Both the position numbers and the translations under genes were made by a program. Of a DNA stretch of 64,000 nucleotides, positions 11,809 to 24,137 are shown one piece after another. Source of the DNA: the human T2T-CHM13v2.0 reference genome, Homo sapiens; the NCBI RefSeq assembly GCF_009914755.1, contig NC_060928.1; one strand, 5' to 3'. Under the pieces are notes generated by a model that was given only the letters and a program-made list of their open reading frames with translations, searched no databases and was not told the origin of the DNA. Every line of letters starts with the position of its first letter. Position 1 is the first letter of the stretch.

Positions 11809-14450
11809 TGGCAGCCATTGTTAAGCCTCCAGAACCTATACCTTTAAAAGGGTTAACAGATAAGCCAATTATCTGATAAAACAATGGTCGCTGAATAAAG
11901 AGAAACTGGAGGCTTTAGAGGACTTAGTTACTGAACAAGTAGAAAAAGGACACATAGCTCCAACATTTTCCCCTTGGAAATCTCCAGTTTTTGTAATTAA
12001 GAAAAAATCAGGTAAATGGAAAATGTTAACTGACTTAAGAGCCATTAATTCAGTTATACAACCTATGGGGACATTGCATCCAGGACTGCCTTCTTTTGCT
12101 ATGATTCTGAAAAATTGGCCTTTAATAGTCATAGATTTAAAAGACTCTTTACTATCCCCTTAGCTGGGCAAGACTGTGAATGGTTTGCATTTACAATTCC
12201 TGCAGTAAACAACCTGCAGCCTGCTAAGCATTTTCACTGGAAAGTGTTGCCACAAGGCATGTTAAACAGTCCAACAATTTGCCAGACTTATGTAGGGCAA
12301 GCAATTGAACCTACTAGTAAAAAATTTTCACAGTGTTACATTATTCATTATATGGATGATATACTTTGTGCTGCCATCACTTGAGAAATATTAATCCAAT
12401 GTTATGATCTCTTGCAAAACTTAATTTCTCATGCTGGTTTAATTATAGCTCCTGACAGAATTCAGACTACTACTCCTTACTTCTTTCTTGGGGACCTTAG
12501 TAAATGATACCACCATTGTGCCACAGAAAGTAACCATATGTAGGGATCAATTGAAAACATTAAATGACTTTCAAAAATTACTAGGAGAAATTAATTGGAC
12601 ATGACCTGCCCTAGGCATTCCTACCTGAGTAATCTATTTTCTATCCTTAGAGGAGATCCTAGTCTCACTAGCCCTCAGCAGTTAACAAAAGAAGCTGAGG
12701 CAGAGCTGCAAGTCATCAAAAAGCAAGTCCATAAAGCTCAAATCAATAGAATAGATCCAGAGAAGACTCTAGATTTGCAAATTTTTTCAACTCAGCATTC
12801 ACCTACTGGTGTTATTGTTCAAGAGCAAGATCTTGTACAGTGTCTTTCTCTTCCACATACTAATTCAGGGACTTTGACTCCTTATTTGGATCAAATTGCT
12901 ACTATGATAGGAAATGGGTGAACTCAGATTGTTAAATTACATGGATATGATCCTGGAAAAAATATTGTCCCTCTCATGAAGGCACAAATACAGCAAGCCT
13001 TTATAAATAGTCTTACTTGGCAAACCCATTTAGCTGACTTTGTGGGTATTCTCAATAATCATTTTCCTAAAATGAAACTGTTTCAATTTTTGAAATTAAC
13101 TAATTGGATTCTCCCTAAAATAACTAAATTCAAACCAATTGAAGGTGCTGAGAATGTTTTTACTGGTGGGTCTAGTAATGGTAAAGCTTCTTATTCTGGC
13201 TCAAAAGGTAAAATTTTCCAGACGCCCTCTACTTCAGCTCAAAAGCAGAGCTTGTAGCTGTAATCGAGGTATTGACTGCTTTTGATATGCCTATTAATGT
13301 GATTTCTGATTCTTCATATGTGGTTCATTCCACACAATTAATTGAAAATGCTGAGTTATGATTTCATACAGATGAACAACTGATGACTTTATTTACCCAA
13401 TTGCAAACAGGAGTCAGGAGTAGAATGCACCCTTTTTATGTCACTCACATTAGGGCTCATACACCTCTTCCAGGACCTTTGACTGCAGTGAATCAAATGG
13501 CTGATCACCTAGTTGCTACTGCAATATCTAATGCCAGACACTTTCACAATTTAACACATGTTAATGCCTCTGGTCTCAAACTCAGATACAGCATTACCTG
13601 GAAAGAAGCTAAAGCTATTATCCAGTGATGTCCAACTTGCCAAATAGTGCATTCCTCATCTTTTACAGGAGGAGTTAATCCTCGAGAATTGGAACCTAAT
13701 TCTCTTTGGCAGATGGATGTCACACATGTTCCCTTATTTGAGAGACTAGCTTATGTACATGTATGTGTGGACACCTTTTCCCACTTTGGGCTACATACCA
13801 ATCAGGAAAGTCTTCTGCCTGTGTTAAATGCCACCTTTTGCAGTGTTTTGTGGAGATGGGCATTCCAGCTTCCATTAAAACAGATAATTCCCCAGGCTAT
13901 ACTAGCCAAGATCTAGCTACATTTTTCTCTATATGGAATATTAAACACATTACTGGCATCCCATATAATTCTCAAGGACAAGCCAGAGTAGAAAGAATGA
14001 ATCTCTCCCTGAAACAGCAGTTGTAAAAGCAAAAGGGGAGAAACAGGGACTATGGGACACCCCATATTTAACTGAATCTAGCATTATTGACTTTAAATTT
14101 TTTGAGCCTGCCTAAAGGCCAGATGCTATCAGCAGCTGAACAGCATCTACAGAAACCAGCTGCAAAGACAGAAGCGGAACAACTGGTTTGGTGGAGAGAT
14201 CCAATAACAAAAAGTTGGGAAATAGGTAAAATGATAACTTGAGGTAGAGGTTATGCTTGTGTTTCTCCAGGCCAGAACCAGCAGCCGATTTGGATACCAT
14301 CAGTACACCTGAAGCCTTATCATGAGCCAGATGCTGAGGAAGAGATTCTGGGAGGACCGCAAGGACCCCTTGGTTGCAGCCACATTGAGACTGATGCTGA
14401 GGAGGACCCCAACTGTCACAAGCAACACCCGTGGAACACAGCCATCTACC
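11800..14450 (+). pseudogene. HML-3 pol remnant (RT, RNase H, integrase), multiply frameshifted
   Basis: [11 protein letters not shown] and HYMDD (~12346-12360); HIRAHTPLPG; HFHNLTH zinc-finger part, [27 protein letters not shown]. Confidence 0.92.
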
Positions 14451-15373
14451 TGGAGACAGATCAAGAAGCTGTCACAGATGGCAGAAGAAAACCATGGAAA
14501 ATGGGACAACCAGTCACAATGAGTAATTTAGTGATAGCTATGATAGCAGTGATCACCATTGCCATGAGTATTCCTTCAACAAGGGCTGACACAGAGAACA
14601 ATTATACTTATTAGGCATATTTATCAATCTTGGCTGGCAATAATGGCCTGGATGTAGTCACCCTATGACACAGTTACACATGCTTTCTGATCTCAGTATT
14701 TACCGTAATAAATCTGCTCCTATAATTGAGGCATACTGCCCTCAAAAACTTATTTGTAAACAGAATTGGACCTGGCCAGAATTAATGAACGTACCTGTTT
14801 GGGAAGATTGCATTGCAGAACAGGCAGAGGTGCTGTGTAATGATTCCTATGGAATTATTATTGATTGGTCCCCTAAGGGGATGTTTAGTTTGAATTACAC
14901 CTCTCAGTCTGTGTGTCACAGCCACACTATGTTCACCTGGTCTAAACAAAACAGTTGGATGGTAGAAATAGTAAGAAATATGGCAAGAGTTCCTATTTTT
15001 CTGGAAACATGATGGTATAGTGGCACCTCAACCTCAAATGATATGGCCCACTGTAGGACCTAAACATAAGGAACTTGTCTTTGGATATTGCAAGATTAAA
15101 AGAACAAATACTTAAAGCATCCCAGGCACACCTGACCTTAATGCCAGGAACTGGAGTGCCTGAATGAGCTACAGACAGATTAGCAGCTAGTAACCCATTA
15201 AAATGGATAAAAACACTTGGAAGCTCTGTGATTTCAATGATGATTGTGCTTTTAATCTGTGTTGTTTGTCTTTATATAGTCTGCAGATGTGGATCCCAAC
15301 TCCTGGAAGAAGTAGCTCACCATGACAAAGCTGCCTTTGCTTTTATTGCTTTGCAAAACAGAAAAGGGGGACA
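14322..15373 (+). pseudogene. HML-3 env remnant with large internal deletion, followed by PPT
   Basis: PSTWRQIKKLSQ leader (HML-2-like PTWAQLKKL), SU piece IIIDWSPKG, abrupt jump near 15075 into TM ([12 protein letters not shown]), anchor MISMMIVLLICVVCLYIV; PPT agaaaaggggg before the 3' LTR. Confidence 0.82.
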
Positions 15374-15879
15374 TGTTGGGAACAGGCCCCCAAATCTGTC
15401 CATAAACCAGGCCCAAAACTGTCCATAAAAAAAATCTCTGTAGCACTGTGACATGTTCATGATGGCCATGATGCCCAAGCTGAAGGTTGTGGGTTTACCG
15501 GAATGAGGGCAAGGAACACCTGGCCCACCCAGGGTGGAAAACCACTTAAGGCATTCCTAAACCACAAACAAAGCATGAGCGATCTGTGCCTTAAGGACAT
15601 GTTCCTGCTGCAGATAACTAGCCAGAGTGCATCCCTTTGTTTTGGCTCATCCCTTTATTTCCCATAAGGAATACTTTTAGTTAATCTATAATCTATAGAA
15701 ATAATGCTTATCACTGGCTTGCTGTCAGTAAATATGTGGGTCAAACTCTGTTTGGGACTCTCAGGTCTGAAGACTGTGATTCCTCTGATTTCCCACTCCA
15801 GATGCTGTATTTGTGCGTGTGTCCTTAATTCCTCTAGTGCTGCTGGGTTAAGGTCTCCATGACCAAGCTGGTCTCAGCA
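15374..15879 (+). repeat. 3' LTR (MER9a-type)
   Basis: Direct repeat of 9806-10313; poly(A) hexamer reads AGTAAA here. Confidence 0.93.
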
Positions 15880-17186
15880 GTAATGTCTTTTTATTCATCT
15901 CTGATTTTATTTATTTGAGTCTTCTTTTGCTTTTTCTTAGTCTAAAGATTTGTCAATTTTGTTTACCTTTTCAAAAAAATCAACTTTTTGTTTCATTTAT
16001 CTTATGTATTGTTTTCTTCATTTAAAATTATTTTATGCTCTGATCTTTATTATTTATTTTCTTCTACTAATTTTGAGTTTGTTTTGCTCTTGTTTGTATA
16101 GTTCTTTAAGATGCATAATTAGATGATTTATTTGAAGTTTTTCTTCTACTGCTTTCACTGTATTCCATAGATTTTGGTATGTTGTGTTTCTATTATCATT
16201 TGTTTAAAGAAATTTTTCAATTTCCTTCTTAATTTCTTTATTGACATACTGGTCATTCAGGAGCATATTGTTTAATTTCCATATATTTGTATAGTTTTAA
16301 AAATTCCTCTTGCTATTGATTTCTAGTTTTATTTCATTGTTGCAGAGAAGATGCTTAATATTACTTTAATTTTTTGAATGTTTTGACTTGTTTTGTGACC
16401 TAACATATGGTCTACCCTTGAGAGTGATCCATGTGCTAAAGAGAAAAATGTGTATTCTGCAGCCATTGGATAAAATGTTATGTAAATATCTATTAGGTTC
16501 ATTTGTTCTACAGTGCAGTATAAGTCTGATGTTGCTTTTTTGGTTTTCTGTTTGGGAGTTTTGTCCAATGCTGAAAGTGGGGTGTTAGAGTCTCCAGCTA
16601 CTAATGTATTGGGGTCTATCTCTTTGGTTCCATATATTTGCTTTATATATCTGGTTGCTCCAGTGTTGGGTGCATATTTACAATTGTTATACCCTCTTGC
16701 TGAATTGACCCCTTTGTCAATATATGGTGACCTTTTCTGTCTCTTCTTACAGTTTTTGTCTTGAAATCTATTTTGTCTAATAAGTATAGCTACTGATGCT
16801 CTTTTTTGGTTTCCACTGTATGGGATATCTTTTTCCATCTCATTATTTTCAGTCTTTGTGTATATTTCTAGGTAAAGTGTGTTTTTTGTAGGCAATAGGT
16901 CATTGGGTCTTGTTTTTTTCATCCATTCAGCCACTCTATGTCTTTTCATTGGAGAGTTTGGTCCACTCACATTCAATGTTATTATTGATAAGTAAGGGGT
17001 TCCTTCACTATTTTGTTATTTGTTTTCTGGTCTTTCTTTCCTTCTTTTTTGTCTTCCTTTTAGTTAAGGTGTTTTTTTTCTAGTGGTATGCTTTAATTTT
17101 TTGCTTTTTATTTTTAATGTACCACTGTGTGTTTTTTAATTCAAAGTTACCATGAGACTTGCAAATACTATCATCTTATAACCCCC

Positions 17187-17476
17187 TTTTTTTTTTGAGG
17201 CAGATTCTTGCTCTGTCACTCAGACTGGAGTGCAGTGGTGTGATCTCGGCTCACTGCAACTTCTGCCACCTGGGTTCAAGTGATTCTCCTGCCTCAGCCT
17301 CCTGAATAGCTGGGATTACTGGTGTGTGCCACCATGTCCGGCTAATTTTTGTATTTTTAGTAGAGACGGGGTTTCAGCATCTTGGCCAGGCTGGTCTTGA
17401 ACTCCTGACCTCACAATCCACCTTTCTCAGCCTCCCAAAGTGCTGGAATTACAGGCGTGATCCACCACACCCAGCC
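17187..17476 (-). mobile_element. AluS
   Basis: Poly-T then reverse Alu dimer; TSD ttataaccc on both sides. Confidence 0.92.
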
Positions 17477-18182
17477 TTATAACCCATTATTTTAAACTGA
17501 TGACAATGTAACACTGATGCATAAACAAATAAACATGCAAAATACTAATAGAAAGTCTGCACTTAATTTTGCCCCCCAACTTTTTAACTTTTCATTGTTT
17601 CTTTTTATGTCTTTCTTGTACTATGACTTGAAAATTTGTTGAAGTTATTATTTTTGATAGGTTTATCATCTAGTCTTTCTACTTATGTCAAGAGTTTACA
17701 CCCCACAATTACAGTGTTATGTTATTCTGTGTTTTTCTGTGTGCTTACTATTATCAGTGAGTTCTGTACCTTCAGATGATTTCTTCTTGCTCATTAACAC
17801 ACTTTTCTTTCAGATTTCAAAACTTCCTTTATTATTTCTTGCAGGACAGGTCTGGTGCTGATGAAATCCCCCAGCTTTTGTTGTCTGGGAAGGTTTTTAT
17901 TTCTCGTTCATGTTTAAAGAGTATTTTTGTTGGATATATTATTCTAGGGTAGAAGTTTTTTTCCTTCAGCACTTTAAATGTGTCATACCACTCTCTCCTG
18001 TTTCGACTGAAAAGTCTGCTGCCAAACATATTTGAGCACCATTGTATGCTATTTGTTACTTTTCTCTTGTTGCTTTTGGATTCTTTCTTTATCCTTGACC
18101 TTTGGGAGTTTGATTATTAAATGCCTTGAGGTAGTCTTCTGTTAAATCTGCTTGGTGTTCTATAACCTTCTTGTATTTCTAA

Positions 18183-18484
<302 letters not shown>

Positions 18485-18554
18485 ACCTTCTTGTATTTCA
18501 ATGTTGACTTGTGCTAATACATCCTGTGTGCTATACATCTGGGGCACACCTGCT

Positions 18555-18800
18555 CTGTTGGTTTCCTGTGACTGCTCTAACAAATTGTTACAAAGTATGT
18601 GGCTTAAAACAATGGAAGTTTATTCTCTCACAGTTCTGGAGGCCAGAAGTCTGAAATCAGTATCAAGGGCTGACATCAAGATGTTGGCAGGGCAGCACTC
18701 CTTCTGGAGGCTCTGGGAGAGAACCTGTCCCTTGCCTCTTTCAGATCCTATGGCTGCTGGCATTCCTTGGCTTGTGGCCACATCACTTCAGCCCTATCCT
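18555..18800 (-). mobile_element. MLT1-family MaLR LTR fragment
   Basis: ggcttaaaacaatggaagtttattctctcacagttctggaggccagaagtctgaaatc. Confidence 0.75.
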
Positions 18801-19410
18801 TCTTCCTTTATCCCTTTTCCTCTTTGTCCTCCTATTGCCTTTGGAAGCTTGTAAAATATTTCATTTATCCTTAGTAATATGAAATTTTATAATGATCTGT
18901 TTTGAGTGGGTCTATTTTTGTCCATTTCATTGGCATTCAGTGATTTAAGAAAACTGTCTTTCTTCAGTTCTAAAATATTTACTTAAGTTGTCATATTAAT
19001 GATCTTCCCTCCCTGCCCCTCCCACCCTGCTTTATCTATTCATTCATTTTGAAACTTCTACTACTCAGATATTGAATGTCTTGATTTGGTATTCTTCATT
19101 TTCTTGTTTTTCCCCTTCTCTTTTTTTATATCTCTTGTGTTTTGTTCTACTTTCTGGGAAATTTCCTGAATTTTTCTTCCATCATTTCTATTGAGTTTTT
19201 AATTTATGCTACAATTCCTATCATTGTGAATAGCTCATCTTTGTTTTCTGCATTTTACATGAAATAACCTGCTGTTTTGTTTCATGAAAATACATCTTCT
19301 TGTTTCTCTGAATGCATATATATGTATGCATATGTATATATGTGTACAAAGACTATACATTTATATATAAATTGTATTCACATATATAAAATTTTCATAT
19401 TGTTAGATGG

Positions 19411-19799
19411 TGATATGGTTTGGCTGTGTCCCTACCATCTCATCTTGAATTTTAGCTTTCATAATTTTCATATGTTGTGGAAGGGATAAGGTAGGGGATA
19501 ACCGAATCATGGGTAGGAGATAACTGAATCATGGGAGCAGTTTTCTCCATGCTGTTCTCCTGGTAGTGAATAAGTCTCATGAGATCTGATGGTTTTATAA
19601 GGGGTTTCCCCTTTCACTTGGCTCTCATTTCCCTCTTGCCTGCTGCCATGTGAGACGTGCCTTTCTCCTACTTGCCTTCCACCATGATTGTGAGGCCTCC
19701 CAGACAGGTGGAACTGTGAGTCCGTTAAACCTCTTTTTCTTTATAAATTACCCAGTCTCAGGTATGTCTTTATTAGTAGTGTGAGAGCTGACTAATACA
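19411..19799 (+). mobile_element. THE1 (B/C-like) solo LTR
   Basis: tgatatggtttggctgtgtccc...actaataca; TSD gatgg/ggtgg; internal 22-bp tandem duplication at ~19490-19533. Confidence 0.92.
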
Positions 19800-20311
19800 G
19801 GTGGTCATCTAAGACTGCTTTAGAATTTCTGAGCACATAAATGGTGTTTATCCACTGCTAGATACATTATAGGGTATCTGGGAGGTTTACTTGGAGAATC
19901 CACAATGTCTCAATATTTAAGCCCTTTATGTTTGGAATTTACCACAGAAGAGACAATATTTGCCTACCTTCCAGAATTCTGGGAACAGGATGGGGGCAAA
20001 GATTCCCAAAGAGAACCTATAAATGCAATATGAGATAGAAGCCAAGACAACAAACCACTTGGAGAGAATGGCAAAAATTTATGACTATTCAGGTTAACCC
20101 AGAAAGTCTGATTATTTTAATCTTTTAAATATATAAACCAGAATACTTTAAACTCTACAATAACATGATCATCAGTTAAAGAGAACAATCTGTCAAATAA
20201 TTCACATATGTTTTTAGGTTTGTTTCCAACTATTCAGCTTCTTTGAATTGCCATCTGTTTTAGATCATCAGGCTATCTCCCAGAGCCACTAGAGGGGGTG
20301 CTGCCTTTTAG

Positions 20312-20641
<330 letters not shown>

Positions 20642-20963
20642 TAATAGTGAAGTAAGAAAGTAACATTTCTATATCTGTTTCTAACGTGCATCTTGTACAG
20701 AGTCCTTAAAAAGCTTATCAAGGTTTTAGAGACAGCTATTAATAGTTTGTTTTATTTTGAAAATATTGCCCAAGGCTTTCTTTTTAATGGAAACAAGAAT
20801 GACAGTAACTAAGTTATATTACAATTACATGTGAATATTGGGAATTAAAATATTTAGTTTTCTTTATATTTTACATTATTATATTCTAATATACAATGTT
20901 CATTGGGACAAATTATAAACAAGCCCACAAGCAAACCAGTACTGTAGTTAAAAAGTTAATTTT

Positions 20964-21250
<287 letters not shown>

Positions 21251-21274
21251 TCAAAAAGTTGGGCTAAATAATTT

Positions 21275-23320
21275 CAGGAATAAAATGAAAAATACAATCA
21301 CAGCTTCAACAATAGACTAGGTTGAGCAGAAGAGAGAATTTCTGAACTTGAAGCCAAGTCTTTAGAAATAATACAGTCAGAAAAAATAATAAATAAGAAA
21401 GAATGAAGAAGTTGTAAACCAAGAGCATCTGAGACAAGTCTTAATCAATTTAGAAAGTTTATTTTGCTAAGGTTAAGGACATGCCTATGACACAGCCTCA
21501 GGAGGGCCTGATGACATTGCCCAAGGTTGTCAGGGCACAGCTTGGTTTTATACATTTTAGGGAGACATGAGATATCAATCAGTATATGTAAGATGTACAT
21601 TGGTTCCGTCGGGAAAGGCAGGACAACTTGAAGCAGGGAGGCGGCTTCCAGGTCATAAGTAGATAAAAGACAAATAGATGCGTTATTTTGAGTTTCTGAT
21701 TAGTCTTTTACTAAATACACAATTTACATGAATAGTCACTTATGCCTTAGTCTGGCTTAGTGAAACAATAGGGAAAGGAAGCAATCAGATAGGCATTTGT
21801 CCCACATGAGCAGAGGGATGACTTTGAGTTCTATCTGTCCTTTGTTCGCAAGGAATTTCCTTATGGGCAAATTGTGAGGGAGGTATGTAGCTTTAAAAAA
21901 AAATGTAGCTATCTTATTTAGGAGTAGAATGAAAGGTATGTTTGCCCTTGCAGTTCCCAGATTGACTTTTCCTTCTGGCTTAGGGATTTTAGGGTCCCAA
22001 GGTTTATTTTTCTTTCACAAAGCCTATAGGATTTATGGGACACCATTAAGTAGCTTTAATGAAATATATGAATCTGAGAGTTGCAGAAGTAGAAGAAATG
22101 AGAAGAGGCATAGTGACCATATTTAAGAAAATAACAGCTGAAAACTTCCCATGTCTTCAGAGAGAAATGGATATCTAGATCCATGTTATCTAGGATATCT
22201 AGCTCTCAAAGTCTCCAAATATACTTAATCCAAAAAGCTCCTCTCCAAGGCCTATTGGGATTTTACTGTCAAAAGGCAAAGACAAAGAAAGAATTTTAAA
22301 AATAGAGAAAAGCCTTAAGTCACATATAAGTAAATCTCCATTAGACTAACAACTGTTTCTCAGCAGAAAACTTGCACACCAGGAGAGGATGGGACAACAT
22401 ATTCAAGGTGCTGAAAAAACCTTTGCTGGCCAAGAATACTACCCCCAGAAAAGCTATTCTTTAAAAATGAAGGCTAAATAAAGTATTTCCTGGACAAGCA
22501 AAAACAGGAAATGTATCACCACTAGACAGATCTTACAAGAAATACTTCAGGGAATCCCACATCTGGAAGTGAAAGGATAAGAACACAGATGAGAATATAA
22601 AACTCACTGGTAGAATGGATACACTAATGAGCAGAAGAAAGGTATCTAACTTACCACTACAGAAATACATCCAACCAAAAGGATATACAATACTAGAGGA
22701 AGAAAGAAAGGATTCACAAAACAATAAGAAAGCAATTAACAAATTGAGAGGAGTAAGACCTCAGCTATCAATAGTAACCTTGAATATAAATGGGTTAAAT
22801 TCCCCAATTAAAAGATATAAAATGGCTTAAAAAACCATTTGGATTAAAAAAAGGATGGATTTTTTGAAATGAATGGATTAAAAAAACAACACCCAACTAT
22901 ATGCTTCCTATAAAAAACTCACTTCACCTTTAAAAACACACATAGATTTAAAGTTAAGGGGTGGAAAAAGATATTCCATGCAATGGAAAACCAAAAGTGA
23001 TCAGTAGCTAAACTTACATTAGATAAAATAGACTCTAAGCTAAAAAAAGAGTCCTGTCATTTGTGGCATCATGGAGGAGTTTGAAGAATATTATATGAAG
23101 TGAAATAAGCCAGATACAAAATGATAAATATCGCATATTCTCACTCATTTTTGGAAGCTAAATAAGTTGATCTCATAAAAATGGAGAGTAGAATGCTCAC
23201 TAGAGGCTGGTAAGGGTTGGGGAAAATGGGATATAGGGAGAGGTTGATTAATGGATACAAAATTACAGCTAGATAGGCGGAATAAGTTATATTGTTCTAT
23301 ATCACTGCAGGGTGATAGAG
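21275..23320 (+). mobile_element. Old L1M: ORF1 and ORF2 start joined to a 3'-end segment, split by MER4
   Basis: ORF1-like sequence on both sides of MER4; ORF2 start SIVTLNINGLNSPIKR (~22765-22820); jumps at ~23045 to L1 3'-end sequence (gtcctgtcatttgtggcatcatgg). Confidence 0.8.
21413..22019 (-). mobile_element. MER4A-type ERV1 solo LTR
   Basis: Reverse complement begins tgtgaaagaaaaataaaccttgggaccc; TG...CA termini; TSD aagt/aagc. Confidence 0.85.
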
Positions 23321-24024
23321 TTCATTGAACACTCTCATATCAGTACTTGATAGAAGTACTGAATTCTATCAAATGAATTCAACACCGTGAGAATGAATTC
23401 AACACTCTCATGTCTCATACCATGAGAGTGAATTCAACACTCTCATATCTTCTGTCGGTACTTGATAGAAGAAGTAGAAAGAAAATTAATGAGGATATAC
23501 TAGACCTGAATAATACAACATTACCAACCAACTTGAGCTAATTGACGTTAACTGAAGATTATATTCAATGATGAAATGATATATATTCTTTTCAAATGAC
23601 TTGGAACCTTCATCAAGATGGACCCAGTTTTACAAAATGACACTCAAAATGTCTGAAATGATTACTATTTAAATATTATCTAGTTATCGAAGATAGACTT
23701 CATTCACCCTAATTCTGCTAAGAGTAATTTTTATGATTCTATCAAATCAATTACACTGATCTTTTCTCTTTCTAATCTTATACTAGCTTGTATGATCCAC
23801 AAAGTAGCAAAAGTTGTTATTCTGTATTACTCTTTTAAATTGCTACAATATTTCTGAAATAGGTCACCAACGTCAGAGCTATTCGTTAAAAATTAACATG
23901 AAGTTCTAGTTCTTGAAACTTTGAATTTTTCTTTTTCTGAGGAAGATTTTTGCAGTTGATTAAATCTGGGTTTTATCGAGGGTGCCCATGTGTCCCAATT
24001 CTGGTTCGCATATAGGTATAAGTA

Positions 24025-24137
24025 AAATGATTATATAATTAATTGTTGGAACTGGAACATTTTTGAGACTGAAAGGTAAGTCATTAATAATTACTTTGTA
24101 ATTATATTTTCAGCAAACCAAGACATATCATTACCCA
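24025..24137 (+). mobile_element. MER94-like hAT-Blackjack MITE (related sequence may extend left)
   Basis: tatataattaattgttggaactggaacatttttgagactgaaagg...gcaaaccaagacatatcattaccc resembles the MER94 consensus as recalled. Confidence 0.45.

Larger units (their letters stand above)
9806..15879 (+). mobile_element. HERV-K(HML-3)/HERVK9 provirus with MER9 LTRs, internally deleted (6074 bp)
   Basis: Two ~507-bp LTRs (TG...CA), perfect 6-bp TSD gtaatg (9800-9805 / 15880-15885), Lys-type PBS, PPT, and gag-dUTPase/pro-pol-env remnants in betaretroviral order. Confidence 0.95.

Noticed and set aside
16329-16976. 215-aa minus-strand ORF
   Set aside because: Frameshifted L1 ORF2 endonuclease remnant that moves in and out of the true frame.
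20285-20303. CTCF-like word gccactagagggggtgctg
   Set aside because: Lacks the GGC of the core and sits in what looks like an MLT1 fragment, where similar words are common.
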